A DNA stretch of 63,775 nt, filler included, from Octopus bimaculoides (taxonomy: Eukaryota): NCBI RefSeq assembly GCF_001194135.2. It is 6 parts of 6 records of this genome, joined end to end, with 100 filler letters (N's around TTAATTAATTAA, not from the genome) between each part and the next. Parts side by side here need not be neighbours in the genome. Positions count along the whole stretch, not along the records: positions 30,390 to 50,513 come from NC_068986.1; positions 50,614 to 60,816 come from NC_069001.1; 4 more parts are not named here. One strand, given 5' to 3'. Under the pieces are notes generated by a model. That model saw nothing but the letters and a program-made list of their open reading frames with translations, had not been told where the DNA came from and made no database searches. A program made the translations under genes and the position numbers. Below are positions 36,051 to 50,845 of the stretch, piece by piece (position 1 is the stretch's first letter; every line of letters begins with the position of its first letter).

Positions 36051-36068
36051 AATTTTATCTATATTGGT

Positions 36069-36445
36069 GTTGGCACTCCGTCGCTTACGACGTCGAGGGT
36101 TCCAGTTGGTCCAATCAACGGAACAGCCTGCTCGTGAAATTAATGTGCAATTCGCCGAGCACTCCACAGATACGTGTACCCTTAACGTAGTTCTAGGGGA
36201 TAGTCAGCGTGACACAGTGCGACAACGCTGACCCTTTGAATTACAAGTACAACAGAAACAGGAAGTAAGAGTAAGAGAAAGTTGTGGTGGAAGAGTATAG
36301 CAGGGCTCACCACCATCCCCCGCCGGAGCCTCGTGGAGCTTTAGGTGTGTTCGCTCAATAAACACTCACAACGCCCAGTCTGGGAATCGAAACCGCAATC
36401 CTATGACTACGAGTGCGCTGCCTAACAACTGGGCCATTGCGCCTC
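36069..36445 (-). mobile_element. SINE family A, full length, 11-bp TSD
   Basis: tRNA-like head at ~36370-36445; TTTTATCTATA at 36053-36063 and 36451-36461. Confidence 0.9.
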
Positions 36446-37066
36446 CTAACTTTTATCTATAATACATTAAAAATGAGCTCGAATCTTGCTTGCAATGTAA
36501 GCCAAGCTAATTGGCGCATAATGGCGCAAAATCCGTCTGAAATGAGAATACGAACGGAATAAAACAAAATTCGCGTTAATCGGACAAGTGGTTGTTAAGA
36601 TATTTCGGATTTTCGGGGTGTAAATACCGCAAACGGTGTATAATGAAAAAATATTCCAGAAATATTTTAACCCTGAAAGGGAAGAAACACTTACCTTGAC
36701 AACGAAAATATACGATTTGCTTTATTACAGTAATTGTTTGTATTTTTGCTTTTGTTTAACACAATATTTTAGACATTTAGAAATATTTTTTAAGTGTATG
36801 TGATATCAAAAGTGTAAGTTGTTTGTACAGTAAGTACTTATATTTTAGCTTTCTTTAAACATACCATATTTAATGCTTTTTAAAATTATTTTCAAGTGAA
36901 TACCATTAGAAACTTTTTGGCATATTAAAAAAAATATTTTAAAGGGAAAATAACTTTAAAAATACGGTTAATATTTCGTAAGAAACCCATTCGTAACCTC
37001 GGCGTGAAATAATTTTTTTCCATTGATATTTTTCGACTATATTCGATGTATCTCACCTCAAAAAAA

Positions 37067-37173
37067 TTGGTTGCTATTTCTAGCACGCTCTGCTACCACT
37101 TAGTGGGTATTTATGATAAAGGACCTGAAGTACCTGTTACGTGGTAGCAGGGCGTGCAAGAAATAGCTACCAA
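37067..37173. repeat. 33-bp inverted repeat with a 41-nt spacer
   Basis: ttggttgctatttctagcacgctctgctaccac versus gtggtagcagggcgtgcaagaaatagctaccaa; 3 mismatches. Confidence 0.8.
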
Positions 37174-37329
37174 ATCTTTCTTTTTCTGGGGAAAGGGGCA
37201 GTTTACGCATGATTTCGGTGTTGAAAGCATGAGGAATAACATGGAAAAGAAAAACAAAGCACGAAACAAAATTCCGTTACTGGAAACTCAGACTTCCCCG
37301 GTGACCCAACGCGTCACTGGTAGTCCAGT

Positions 37330-37367
<38 letters not shown>

Positions 37368-38810
37368 TTGTGTGTGCGTGCGTGTGTGTGTATGTTTGTA
37401 TACATATGCATATTTGTACATACGCTCGCTCATACACTCACATACACATAAAAGAGATATAAATATATAATAATATAATGGAAATTACTGAAACAATTAC
37501 GTCAGAAGTGGTTATAATACGTTTGAACATCGGAAACGAATAATCGTACATCAATCCTTTGTACTGAAAGCACATGGCCTAAAATTTTGGGGGAGGGGAC
37601 TAGTCGATTCCGTTATTTTTCTATATGTGACAGTGGATTTTCATCGATGAGTTCACGAATCTTGGTTCTTTTACCTAAAACTATATATATGTGTGTGTGT
37701 GTTTGTGTGTATTTATTTTGTGTGTGCGTATGTGTCTGTGTGTGTGTGAATGCGTGTATCTGTGTGAGTAGTGTAAATGTGGCCAATCATTCCAGACACT
37801 ATGAAAAGAAATTCTATTGTTGTACTATGCACAACGGATTTAAGTCGGTAGACAGAATTTTTAGCATGCCGGTCGAAACTCTTTGCGGAGTGTTGTCCGC
37901 CTTTACCTTTCAAGTTCAAATGCTGCTCAAACCTTGACATTTATTTTCTAGTGGATGATCAAATAAGAATCGTTCCATGACAGGGATTGATACAGACGTC
38001 TAACCACCTCCACCAAAATTTCAAGGCTTATGGCAATAAAGAAGTGACTATTTGATATTGATCTGTTTCCCTTTTGCATCACTCATAGTTGAATATGTCA
38101 AGGAATTGACCCGTACGTGTTGTGAATAGTTTTCAATAAACTACTGGGTCATTCATCAAAAACATCCTGCTTCATCTCTTTCACCAACGATAAGGGGAGG
38201 GAATCGATTGAGCTCATTCTGCTCCAAAATACATTATAAGTCTTTGATAGTGATATTTGGTGATTGCTGGGTTCCATTCAAATGGTCTACTTCATATTGG
38301 CCTTCTTTGAACTAGTCTTGAATAACTTTTCCCAAATCGACACATCAACGTCAGAGAAGATTGCACTATCCAGAGGAAAATATTTCCGTACCTTATAATG
38401 TACATGGTCAGGGATATATTCATACTTATATCTCCCTTTATAAAGTTGCAAATGTATCTATGACAGCATCTAGAAGTAGTAAGATAGAGGTTACATAAAT
38501 GAAGCCTTTCCGATGGATTTAGATAAGATTTCCTCTTGAAGTTTGTAGTGTTTTTATAGAAGTCTTTCAAAAGGACCATACCATAATTGCTCCGCAAACT
38601 GCTTCTATTTTAAGGAATTAAATATTCCCATGAAAAGTATGAACTGAATGTAAACAAACCATTGTAGGTTTAAGACGATCTAAGTCCTGTTATAATATAA
38701 TCTGTATTGTTGTTACATTGGCTTAATATTGCCTTGTACGGTAGGCATCTTTACCTGAAAACTTCCGTTCATGATGGGTTCAAAATAACGATCAGAGAAA
38801 AAGAAAACTA

Positions 38811-39215
38811 GTATGCTGTCAACGTAATGTGACATTCCCAAGAAAGGAATCATACTACTGTTATTTAGCCCTAGGAAGCTGCACCACTTCCTGTCGGCCT
38901 TCAGACATTTAGAAATATATCATTTCTAATTTTAAAATCAGTGAATGTGTTTCACTAGAATTATTATATGTTTACGAGTACTTGACAGGTCTCTTTAACC
39001 ATCAAGTCATGCTACTCCAGGCCGATGACGAGCAAAAACTCAGAAACATATCCCTGGATGTAGGCTTGGCTGGGTGGAGGTGGTTGTCTTCCCCTCATAA
39101 ACATAAGGACACAGGAAATGTTTCAAGGCCGACAGGAAGTGGTGCAGCTTCTTAGGGCTGAATAGAAGTGGTATGATACCCTTCTTGGGACTGTTACGTT
39201 AAGTTGACAGCATAC
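38811..39215. repeat. 405-bp foldback with ~100-bp arms
   Basis: 38811-38910 pairs with 39116-39215 (gtatgctgtcaac...gcccta(g/a)gaagctgcaccacttcctgtcggcctt). Confidence 0.85.
39017..39057 (+). ncRNA. Type-I hammerhead-like motif with point changes, inside the foldback loop
   Basis: ccagg-CCGATGA-c-gag-caaaaa-ctc-a-GAAAC-at-ATC-cctgg: perfect 5-bp stem I and stem II present. U4>C and G16.2>A relative to a CTGATGA...GAAACATGTC consensus; the stem II closing pair is c/a. Confidence 0.5.
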
Positions 39216-41212
39216 AACTACTTTATCGTATCACTACTGCTTATGTCTCTCTGAGATATTTAAAAATAAAAACTATTTCACAAAAAAAAATGATTGCTCA
39301 TTAGATGTTCTGCTCAGTTATTGAGCTGTTCCTGTTAATAAACAACGTGATTAATCTAGTTCAAAGATAAATCCATTTAACTCGGCCAGAGTTTTGTTTC
39401 TCAAACGCTGTAGAATAGTTAAACATGGATTTGCAGAAAAGTCAAACGACGTGAGACATTTAGACTCCTAATATATATAACATTGATAAAGACAGATTGT
39501 GTGACCTGGTCATAAAATATGGCAAAGGCAGCAATAAGCATAATATATAGCACAACACAAATGTTACATCTTCATAAATACAATACTTTATAATTCGAGA
39601 TAAAACAGCACATGAATTACAGAGTGATTGTTAATTGCATTGATAACTGTTAAACAGGAAAAAACAACATATGAATACAGAAATTTTCAACATCATAAAA
39701 AAACATAGATTATAATCAGAGAGTCTTTCATTTATGAAACTATTTCTTTTAATCTATGCCTTTTGGATTGCGAAACATTTTTTTATTAAGTTCAACAAAT
39801 TCCGAGTTTAACCTCCAGCAAATAAAATGCAATATTAAATGGCAATAAATACGTAACTTATAATCGCAAATTTCCACTTGTATAAAACGTAAGTAGGATA
39901 AGAGGAAACACACAAACAAAGCAACAAACTAAATGACCGATAAACCTTCAGACTGTATCACACAAATAATCGACATATATTTTTAATAAAGCTACATTTA
40001 TTTATATTGTGCTGTAGCCTCAAGACTTTTTGGCAAACATGCAAGTAAAAATAATGACTATTGGTCATAGCGAAAAGTAGTCCTACTACTGAGCAATTAG
40101 ATTTTGGACGACATCCAAAGATTCACAGATATATGCAATATTAGTAACTATCGTTATTTGAATGAAGTGTAGATGAAAGTGTTAGAATTTGTACGAGGGC
40201 AGATTATTTGTTTAACATTCTCTGATAAAGGTGAAAGTAACATGTGTAAATATATATGTAGACATGCCCGCAAGTAAACCTACTCACTAGCATGGACAGA
40301 CAAAAGTAGTGATCTTTGTGAAGTAGTGGTTCTCGAAGCACACTTAAATAATATAAGGGGGTTGAAAAGTCGATGTATAGTAAATGGTGATTTTCAATCA
40401 AATACGTGTATGCCATTCATTATAGCTTTATGTATATTCCGAGAGTCGCTACTCCAAGCAATAATAATTTCACATTCTCACTTATGATACCAAATATATA
40501 TATATATATATATATANNNNNNNNNNNNNNNNNNNNNNNNNNNNNNNNNNNNNNNNNNNNNNNNNNNNNNNNNNNNNNNNNNNNNNNNNNNNNNNNNNNN
40601 NNNNNNNNNNNNNNNNNNNNNNNNNNNNNNNNNNNNNNNNNNNNNNNNNNNNNNNNNNNNNNNNNNNNNNNNNNNNNNNNNNNNNNNNNNNNNNNNNNNN
40701 NNNNNNNNNNNNNNNNNNNNNNNNNNNNNNNNNNNNNNNNNNNNNNNNNNNNNNNNNNNNNNNNNNNNNNNNNNNNNNNNNNNNNNNNNNNNNNNNNNNN
40801 NNNNNNNNNNNNNNNNNNNNNNNNNNNNNNNNNNNNNNNNNNNNNNNNNNNNNNNNNNNNNNNNNNNNNNNNNNNNNNNNNNNNNNNNNNNNNNNNNNNN
40901 NNNNNNNNNNNNNNNNNNNNNNNNNNNNNNNNNNNNNNNNNNNNNNNNNNNNNNNNNNNNNNNNNNNNNNNNNNNNNNNNNNNNNNNNNNNNNNNNNNNN
41001 NNNNNNNNNNNNNNNNNNNNNNNNNNNNNNNNNNNNNNNNNNNNNNNNNNNNNNNNNNNNNNNNNNNNNNNNNNNNNNNNNNNNNNNNNNNNNNNNNNNN
41101 NNNNNNNNNNNNNNNNNNNNNNNNNNNNNNNNNNNNNNNNNNNNNNNNNNNNNNNNNNNNATATATTTATATGCATATGATATGTGTGTGTGTGTTTGCG
41201 TGTGCTCGTGAG

Positions 41213-41910
41213 TAGGGATTACTAAATGTGAATAGGGCGTTAAGAAACACCTACATTGCGAGAAATAAGAGCTAGATGGTTCTAATGCTGTAGTTAACGC
41301 ACATGAATGAAACATATACACTAACAGGGACCATAATCGTCGAAAATACTTAATGCTGACGCGTCAGTTTCGATTCTTTCTGAACTCGCTTCGCTATTTT
41401 CATTTATGATTTCGTCATCGAAATAATTGGGTGTTTTAGCGTTTCACTTATGTGTATATATAAATTTAATATAATATGAGTATAAACATCAGTTTGCAAT
41501 GTTTCACCACAAAGGAGTATTGCAAATGTCATTAAATGCGACTAGTGTGTTAGGAAAGGTCTACATTGGTAGAAATAAGAGCTAAGTTGCACTAATGCTG
41601 TAGTTAGCATACATGAATGGAAAAAGAAAACACTAATATGGATCATAATCGTACGAAAAGTGGCGCCCAAGAATTCTTAATACTGACGCGTCAGTTTCGG
41701 AAGTTTCCGTTGCCTCTTCAGTAAAAACAGCTCGACTTCGGCACTTTCTGGACTCGCTTCGGCATTAATATTTATGTTTTCGTCATCCGAATAATTGGAT
41801 GATTTAGCGATTCAATCATTTGCTTATATAAAATCGATATAAACAACAGTGTGCGATGTTTCACCAAAAAGGGCCATTAGAAATGTCACTAAATGGGACT
41901 AAAGTGATAT
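41213..41910 (-). mobile_element. Tandem ~310-360-bp repeats, pseudo-LTR-like, of a Penelope-like element
   Basis: Two diverged units plus a partial third, sharing ctacattg...agaaataagagcta...taatgctgtagtta...ctgacgcgtcagtttcg...tttcgtcatc...tgtttcacca. They lie immediately 3' (on minus) of the GIY-YIG remnant. Confidence 0.65.
41675..41727 (-). ncRNA. Type-I hammerhead-like motif in the pLTR-like unit
   Basis: Minus strand: ttttta-CTGAAGA-ggcaacggaaacttcc-GAA-ACTGACGCGTCAGT-A-ttaaga. Core intact, 14-nt palindromic stem III, GUA triplet; stems I and II are imperfect. Confidence 0.5.
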
Positions 41911-42038
41911 GAAATGCTATTTACTTATATCTACTTACTTTTTCATTTTTTTGTAATACGTCAGCGTATTCTGTTTATGTATTTAATTCAATTTATCTTC
42001 CTATTGTATTAGTTTCAAATGATTAGTTTATGGGGATC

Positions 42039-42610
42039 TTATTCTGTCATTATGGTGTGGTGTGGAGTGTGTGTGCTAGTGTTCCATACTAGTTTTCTAT
42101 TTAGGCTAGGTTCGTCTTCTATGACATGTGAAGCTTCCGTAATTTGTTGAAGCGTTGCGCCCGTTCTTTTGTTGGGTGAGCCCCCATGTTCCCACTTGGC
42201 GTGTTGGTATAGCACCGTCGAGCACTTCTCTTCCTGAAGCTCCCTCCAGTTGTCATTAACCCGCTTTCGTATGCTCTGTGCGGTCTCCCCTACGTACGTC
42301 TTTGTCTTGTTTCTGCACCGTCACTCTGTACATCTTATTCTATAGACTCGATTCATAGATTTACAGTTTGTTTGTGGGCTAACTCTATATACTATACAGT
42401 TCCTATCAGTACAGAGAGTTCTATTTAAAGGGTAGGATCTACTGATTAGGGATGTGATAGCGGTACCTGGCCTCTCTACAACCTCAATTCTTAGCTTAAG
42501 CTTTACTAGGGCCCTCTAAAGCGGTACATAAGTTCGCCTCTAGGAATGGTGTCGACGAACATAGCACTCTGGTAGTTGTGGCTAACATACTATGAGTTGG
42601 CCTTCCCTAA
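42039..42610 (-). mobile_element. Penelope-like retroelement: linker plus GIY-YIG endonuclease remnant
   Basis: Minus translation NYQSAMFVDTIPRGEL...(frameshift)LRIEVVERPGTAITSLISRSYPLNRTLCTDRNCIVYRVSPQTNCKSMNRVYRIRCTE*RCRNKTKTYVGETAQSIRKRVNDNWRELQEEKCSTVLYQHAKWEHGG...VIEDEPSLNRKLVW. Shows the VY..YVGET motif, a Cys-rich linker and a PSLN tail. Confidence 0.85.
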
Positions 42611-43986
42611 AATCTTCTTCGTCTTTTCTGAACAATCTATCTTGAAACGAGTACATGGTAGACAGAACTTAAGCAGAATCCCAGACACTTATCTGCTTTG
42701 AAAATATTTGTAATGTCTGCAGCAGTAATTGTTTGTAAAGAGCAGGGCTTGCTATTCATATAAGATCCCATGACGGTATTTATTAATTGAAGAAATGGCC
42801 TTCTTCTGAAAAGAAGTCGCACTCATCATATACGAATATATATACGTATATATATATACGTATATATATATATATATATACATATATANNNNNNNNNNNN
42901 NNNNNNNNNNNNNNNNNNNNNNNNNNNNNNNNNNNNNNNNNNNNNNNNNNNNNNNNNNNNNNNNNNNNNNNNNNNNNNNNNNNNNNNNNNNNNNNNNNNN
43001 NNNNNNNNNNNNNNNNNNNNNNNNNNNNNNNNNNNNNNNNNNNNNNNNNNNNNNNNNNNNNNNNNNNNNNNNNNNNNNNNNNNNNNNNNNNNNNNNNNNN
43101 NNNNNNNNNNNNNNNNNNNNNNNNNNNNNNNNNNNNNNNNNNNNNNNNNNNNNNNNNNNNNNNNNNNNNNNNNNNNNNNNNNNNNNNNNNNNNNNNNNNN
43201 NNNNNNNNNNNNNNNNNNNNNNNNNNNNNNNNNNNNNNNNNNNNNNNNNNNNNNNNNNNNNNNNNNNNNNNNNNNNNNNNNNNNNNNNNNNNNNNNNNNN
43301 NNNNNNNNNNNNNNNNNNNNNNNNNNNNNNNNNNNNNNNNNNNNNNNNNNNNNNNNNNNNNNNNNNNNNNNNNNNNNNNNNNNNNNNNNNNNNNNNNNNN
43401 NNNNNNNNNNNNNNNNNNNNNNNNNNNNNNNNNNNNNNNNNNNNNNNNNNNNNNNNNNNNNNNNNNNNNNNNNNNNNNNNNNNNNNNNNNNNNNNNNNNN
43501 NNNNNNNNNNNNNNNNNNNNNNNNNNNNNNNNNNNNNNNNNNNNNNNATATATATATATATATATATACATACATACATACATGCATACATAAAATGATA
43601 CATACATACTTGTATAAACACATACATACATACACACGTATGTTACGTACTCATAGACACGTGTGCCGGTGTGTCAGTGTGTTTTTGCGAATAGCTATGA
43701 ATTCTCATTTGTCAAGTCAATCTGTTGCCATTTTGCAATTTCGCCTCTCAGCTCATAGGCTCTTCCTATGATTATGGCATGCAAGAGACCGAAGTGACGA
43801 AATAAGACTATTCTAATCGCTACTATTATTTAGTACGTTTTGTTCCCACTACCGATACCAAACAGATATATATGCGCGTGCATGTGTGTCTGTGTGAGTA
43901 CGAGCGTGTATGTGTGTATCTGTGTGTGTATGTGTGTATATGTACATATACATTGATGCACAACACAAAATAGATCAAGACTTAAC

Positions 43987-44025
<39 letters not shown>

Positions 44026-45919
44026 GTATCACTCTCAACTAATATGATTGTAAACATTGATTCTATGCAAGTAATGCGCAGATAAAACGGAAAAAAGTTT
44101 TTATCGATTCAGTCGATGGAAACTGGTTTCTGTTTTGCTCCTCTGAGAAACAGTACCAGGCTTTACTCGCCAATGAATATCATACGACAGCTGCTATATA
44201 ACACAGACATGTTTATGAAAGGCTAGCCCAATTTCCATATTTTTCCTATTGGCGGAACGTTATTAAAATAACTATTTTATGGAAGCCACAATATAAATCA
44301 TAAGAAATAGAACAAAAATTCAAAAAAAAAAAATAACACTAGATTTATTAAAAATGAGGAAACATTATATTGTGTGCAAAAGCTAAAATTATAAAGAAAC
44401 AAAAGTTTGACCTGCTTCGCTTTTTCACTGTATGGTACCAGCTTTTTAATAAAGACTTCTTTTCCAATGCAATGAATGATGTAAATCACCTGCTGTACAA
44501 AGCAATTATAAATTAAGCTACAACATATTTTTGCACGTAAAGACTAACCTAGAAAATCCCAAACATGCAAATTAATTCATATAGTAGTCGAAGCATGCTG
44601 CTGATACTCCAGAAACAACGATGGCAATTGGGAGTGTGCATATACAAAACGACAAATGAAAGTTGGGTACTCTAAGAGACACAAAGCAGACTCGTGCAAT
44701 GCTAGAGATTCAGAATGTGATCTGGAATATATATGGCTCAGAACTTCCTACGTAAAAAAATCGTTCTCTTATTGAAACAGCAATAAATGACAAACAACTA
44801 ACGACTCCAGAGTTTTTCATCAACTACTCGGTTACGTATGTATGTATGCATGTATTATGATTGTTTGTGTGTGTCGCGTTTGGAATGAGTTCCTAACCTC
44901 TGAAGGGAATAGTAGGCCCTGATTCTGCGTATATAAAACCATCTACGATTATCACAAATGAAACAAATATAGCTAGCCAAGAAGAAGAAAAAAATAATAA
45001 TATCTCACATTTGTCGAGGTTGAATATAATTTCTGAATATCTCAAGTAGAAAATAAATAGAAACTTATATATATGTATTCTATGAATTTTCCTCCTTGGT
45101 CTTTTATTTATAGTTCTAATCTCAACAAAGTTTATCAAGAAATGGTTATCTCCCTTACAATATTTAGTCACCAGGTCACAGCGCTTGAAATACATACCCA
45201 TGTAATGCTATCTGCTAAATTCCTATGCCATTAGAAACAACTACTATTACAATCCTGAGTGTAAATAACTAAAAAGGTAAGTTTTTGTCCCATTGACTCT
45301 ACTTATACGTGCGCGCTCGGATGTGCCTGTACACGTGCGACTGTGCATAGGTATAGATCATCGTAAATTATATACATCTGTCGAAAAATTTCCAAATATC
45401 GAGTTAGCTAGACTATGCAAATTTCATTGAAAATATTTGTCATTTATTGGATACAAGAACCGCAATCAATACGTTGTTTAAGATATAGATATTAAGACAT
45501 AAGTAAATTTAATAATGCATTAGTTCTACTGCCTTCTCTGACTGGAAGAAAACAATTCCGAAGAGTTGTATGGCGTTAATCTGTTTAATATAATATGTGA
45601 GCTTGATATAATAAGCTAGAACCTGAAAAATTCATTTAAAATACCACGAACCAAAAGTAACACAAATTAGGAGTACAGCCCTCTCCCGAATAAATAATTG
45701 ATATCAAACAATACGTAAGGAACACGATTCATGTCTAAGTCAATAGAAGTGTTTCCTACAAATAAGTGAACCAACACAACGAAAGAAGTCCATTACACCA
45801 AGAGAATTTTATAAGTCTACCACCTTATCAAACGGGTAGTCATGATGGGTATACTGGGCTTCGTATGTTTGCACTCCAATGCTTTCTCACTCAATAATAA
45901 TAATTATAATATCAATAAT

Positions 45920-46370
<451 letters not shown>

Positions 46371-46371
46371 G

Positions 46372-47805
<1,434 letters not shown>

Positions 47806-50269
47806 TATAGTGTTGTTGCTGACGATGACCAGGAGCATAATAATATCATAAAATAAATATTAATGATAGCCAACGGTTTCAACAAAAATAATTCACGTTG
47901 GTGCATTGTACGAATATTAGTCATGAAAGTAGGCGATTCAAATAATAATATTTCAATGGTTATTTGTCTATAAATGACGAAATGATGAACAATGAATTGT
48001 TTTCTGAATCTAAATGGCTTGTCTTATTGTCAGAATCTAAGGATAAACAGTTCAACGTCGCTCAAATGTTGCTTGCATAATCAAATCTCGGCATACTTGA
48101 ATATGTAGTAGAACAGGATTTCATACTGTGGCGCTTTTTTCTGACAAGGAAATCAGTTATGCATTTAGTGTTTTTTAGCAACTAGGTTGCAAAGAAACAG
48201 AGTCAAAGATCCACCGAGCTGGACACTCATAATGCGATGTATGTTAGTGTTAAGACACTCAATCATTCAGACGATAGTGGTGGTGGTATTTTTCTGCAGA
48301 ATCAGGTAGCAGCTTGGATCAACCACATCATTTCTATAGAATTCTATAATGCTGAGAGGCACAAGCACTCATCTCCATGTCTCATAATTGTTGTATGAAT
48401 AACTGTTCTGTTGTTCGCAGTAGCGACATTACATGTTGTTGTTAACGATAAAGAAATAATTATGGTTTCCACTTAAAATCTCAACAATAAATCAACACAC
48501 TCTTTATACACATATATAAAAATATCATATTGTTACAATCTAATTTCAACATATACGAATATTTACAAGGGTTTTGCACAAAATATCTATGGGTTCTGCT
48601 ACAAAGAATAGTGTAAGAAACACCGGGTTAATGCATTGTTCTTTCGATACTCCACCCAGATACCGCATTATATGATGACTAAATCAAGCAAGAAGATTAT
48701 TTGAAAACCAGATCTGATTTACTGCTAGAACAAAGTCAATGGATTTCCTGATATATATATCAACGTAATAATTCTATATTCGAGTATACACCTCATAGTA
48801 TGCTGTTTAAAATCTCTTCACAGTATTCAGTTACTTAATGTCAAAACTGTATTGAGGTATATGCCACAAGATATATTACAGGAATGCTTTTCTGTCCATT
48901 GAGTTTATAAAAAAATAGCAAAGAAAGGAAATGGAATTCACGAGACACTTTATTCGGAACTAGTATGATCATATCGAGCCATCATGCGACGGTACATTGC
49001 AGGACATACATGCGTGTGTGTGTGTGAAGGAGTGTATATAAGGATATGTGCATACGCCAATGTTGCTGATATATANNNNNNNNNNNNNNNNNNNNNNNNN
49101 NNNNNNNNNNNNNNNNNNNNNNNNNNNNNNNNNNNNNNNNNNNNNNNNNNNNNNNNNNNNNNNNNNNNNNNNNNNNNNNNNNNNNNNNNNNNNNNNNNNN
49201 NNNNNNNNNNNNNNNNNNNNNNNNNNNNNNNNNNNNNNNNNNNNNNNNNNNNNNNNNNNNNNNNNNNNNNNNNNNNNNNNNNNNNNNNNNNNNNNNNNNN
49301 NNNNNNNNNNNNNNNNNNNNNNNNNNNNNNNNNNNNNNNNNNNNNNNNNNNNNNNNNNNNNNNNNNNNNNNNNNNNNNNNNNNNNNNNNNNNNNNNNNNN
49401 NNNNNNNNNNNNNNNNNNNNNNNNNNNNNNNNNNNNNNNNNNNNNNNNNNNNNNNNNNNNNNNNNNNNNNNNNNNNNNNNNNNNNNNNNNNNNNNNNNNN
49501 NNNNNNNNNNNNNNNNNNNNNNNNNNNNNNNNNNNNNNNNNNNNNNNNNNNNNNNNNNNNNNNNNNNNNNNNNNNNNNNNNNNNNNNNNNNNNNNNNNNN
49601 NNNNNNNNNNNNNNNNNNNNNNNNNNNNNNNNNNNNNNNNNNNNNNNNNNNNNNNNNNNNNNNNNNNNNNNNNNNNNNNNNNNNNNNNNNNNNNNNNNNN
49701 NNNNNNNNNNNNNNNNNNNNNNNNNNNNNNNNNNNNNNNNNNNNNNNNNNNNNNNNNNNNNNNNNNNNNNATATATATGCCTATGTGTGTGTATGTCTGT
49801 TAGTACACGCACACACCACATATTTACATATATGGTAGATTATTTATTTTGCTGAAATGTAAAGTTCAATATAATAACCGATTGCTCTTTGTTCTATTTT
49901 CATCGTATGCATATTTTAAATTCATATTTTACGGTGACTTATTATCGTTCAAATACATTTTCTTCGATGCATTCATTTCATTTTTGAGTCCTGATTGATT
50001 GTATTATTGATCTTATTACGTATATGAAATATTATCCCTGTAACTTATATATGGAGATGCAAAGAACGCTAAATTTGCCAAAATATAAGAAAAACGCAGT
50101 ATTATTTCAAAAGTTATCTAAGGAGATGCATACGAGCTACGGCGCATCATAATTGTTTGTACAATATGTACGAAACAAGGTGTCCGTGTTTGATGTGTCG
50201 AACTGATCGTAATGGTTCTGAATATCGAATCACGTGAATTCCATGTTTTTAAATATTTTATATATAGAT

Positions 50270-50467
50270 CGCTGACAGAGCACTGACCACACCATTCAAA
50301 TTTTTTTCTCCGTGTTTTTCTCCTTGTTCTTCTCCTTATTCTTTCTGTTGAAGAGCGTAGCTCAAAACGTTAAAGAGTTTCTCTATTCTCCAGCGTTAAG
50401 CTAATAGCTCCTGTTGTTGTTTACACCACCTGTCTTCGTCTGTTGTTGTTTCTTTGTAAATTCTCCC

Positions 50468-50470
<3 letters not shown>
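50270..50470 (+). mobile_element. ~200-bp non-autonomous repeat with a decayed hammerhead-like core (50341-50375)
   Basis: cttt-ctgttga-a-gagc-gta-gctc-aaaac-gtt-aaag; homologous to the reverse complement of 14390-14590; ends at (TA)n. Confidence 0.6.
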
Positions 50471-50513
<43 letters not shown>

Positions 50514-50613
50514 NNNNNNNNNNNNNNNNNNNNNNNNNNNNNNNNNNNNNNNNNNNNTTAATTAATTAANNNNNNNNNNNNNNNNNNNNNNNNNNNNNNN
50601 NNNNNNNNNNNNN
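50514..50613. other. Synthetic scaffold linker N44-TTAATTAATTAA-N44
   Basis: Identical in form to the other linkers. Confidence 0.95.
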
Positions 50614-50631
50614 TATATATATATATACATA

Positions 50632-50845
50632 CAAGGCGACCTTGGCAGAATCGATAGCAAGATGGATAAAATGCTTAGCGGCATTTCGTCGGTCATTATG
50701 TGTTGAGTTCAAATTCCGCCGAAGTTGACTTTGCTTGTCATCCTTTCGAGGTCGATAAAATAAGCAGCAGTTGAACACTACCGTCGATTAAGTTAACTTC
50801 CCCCCTCCCCCAGATTTGTTGGCCTTGTGCCAAAATTCGAAATCA
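50632..50845 (+). mobile_element. SINE family B
   Basis: aaggcgaccttggcagaatcg...gagttcaaattccgccgaagttgactttgc...gaggtcgataaaataag. Confidence 0.8.
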
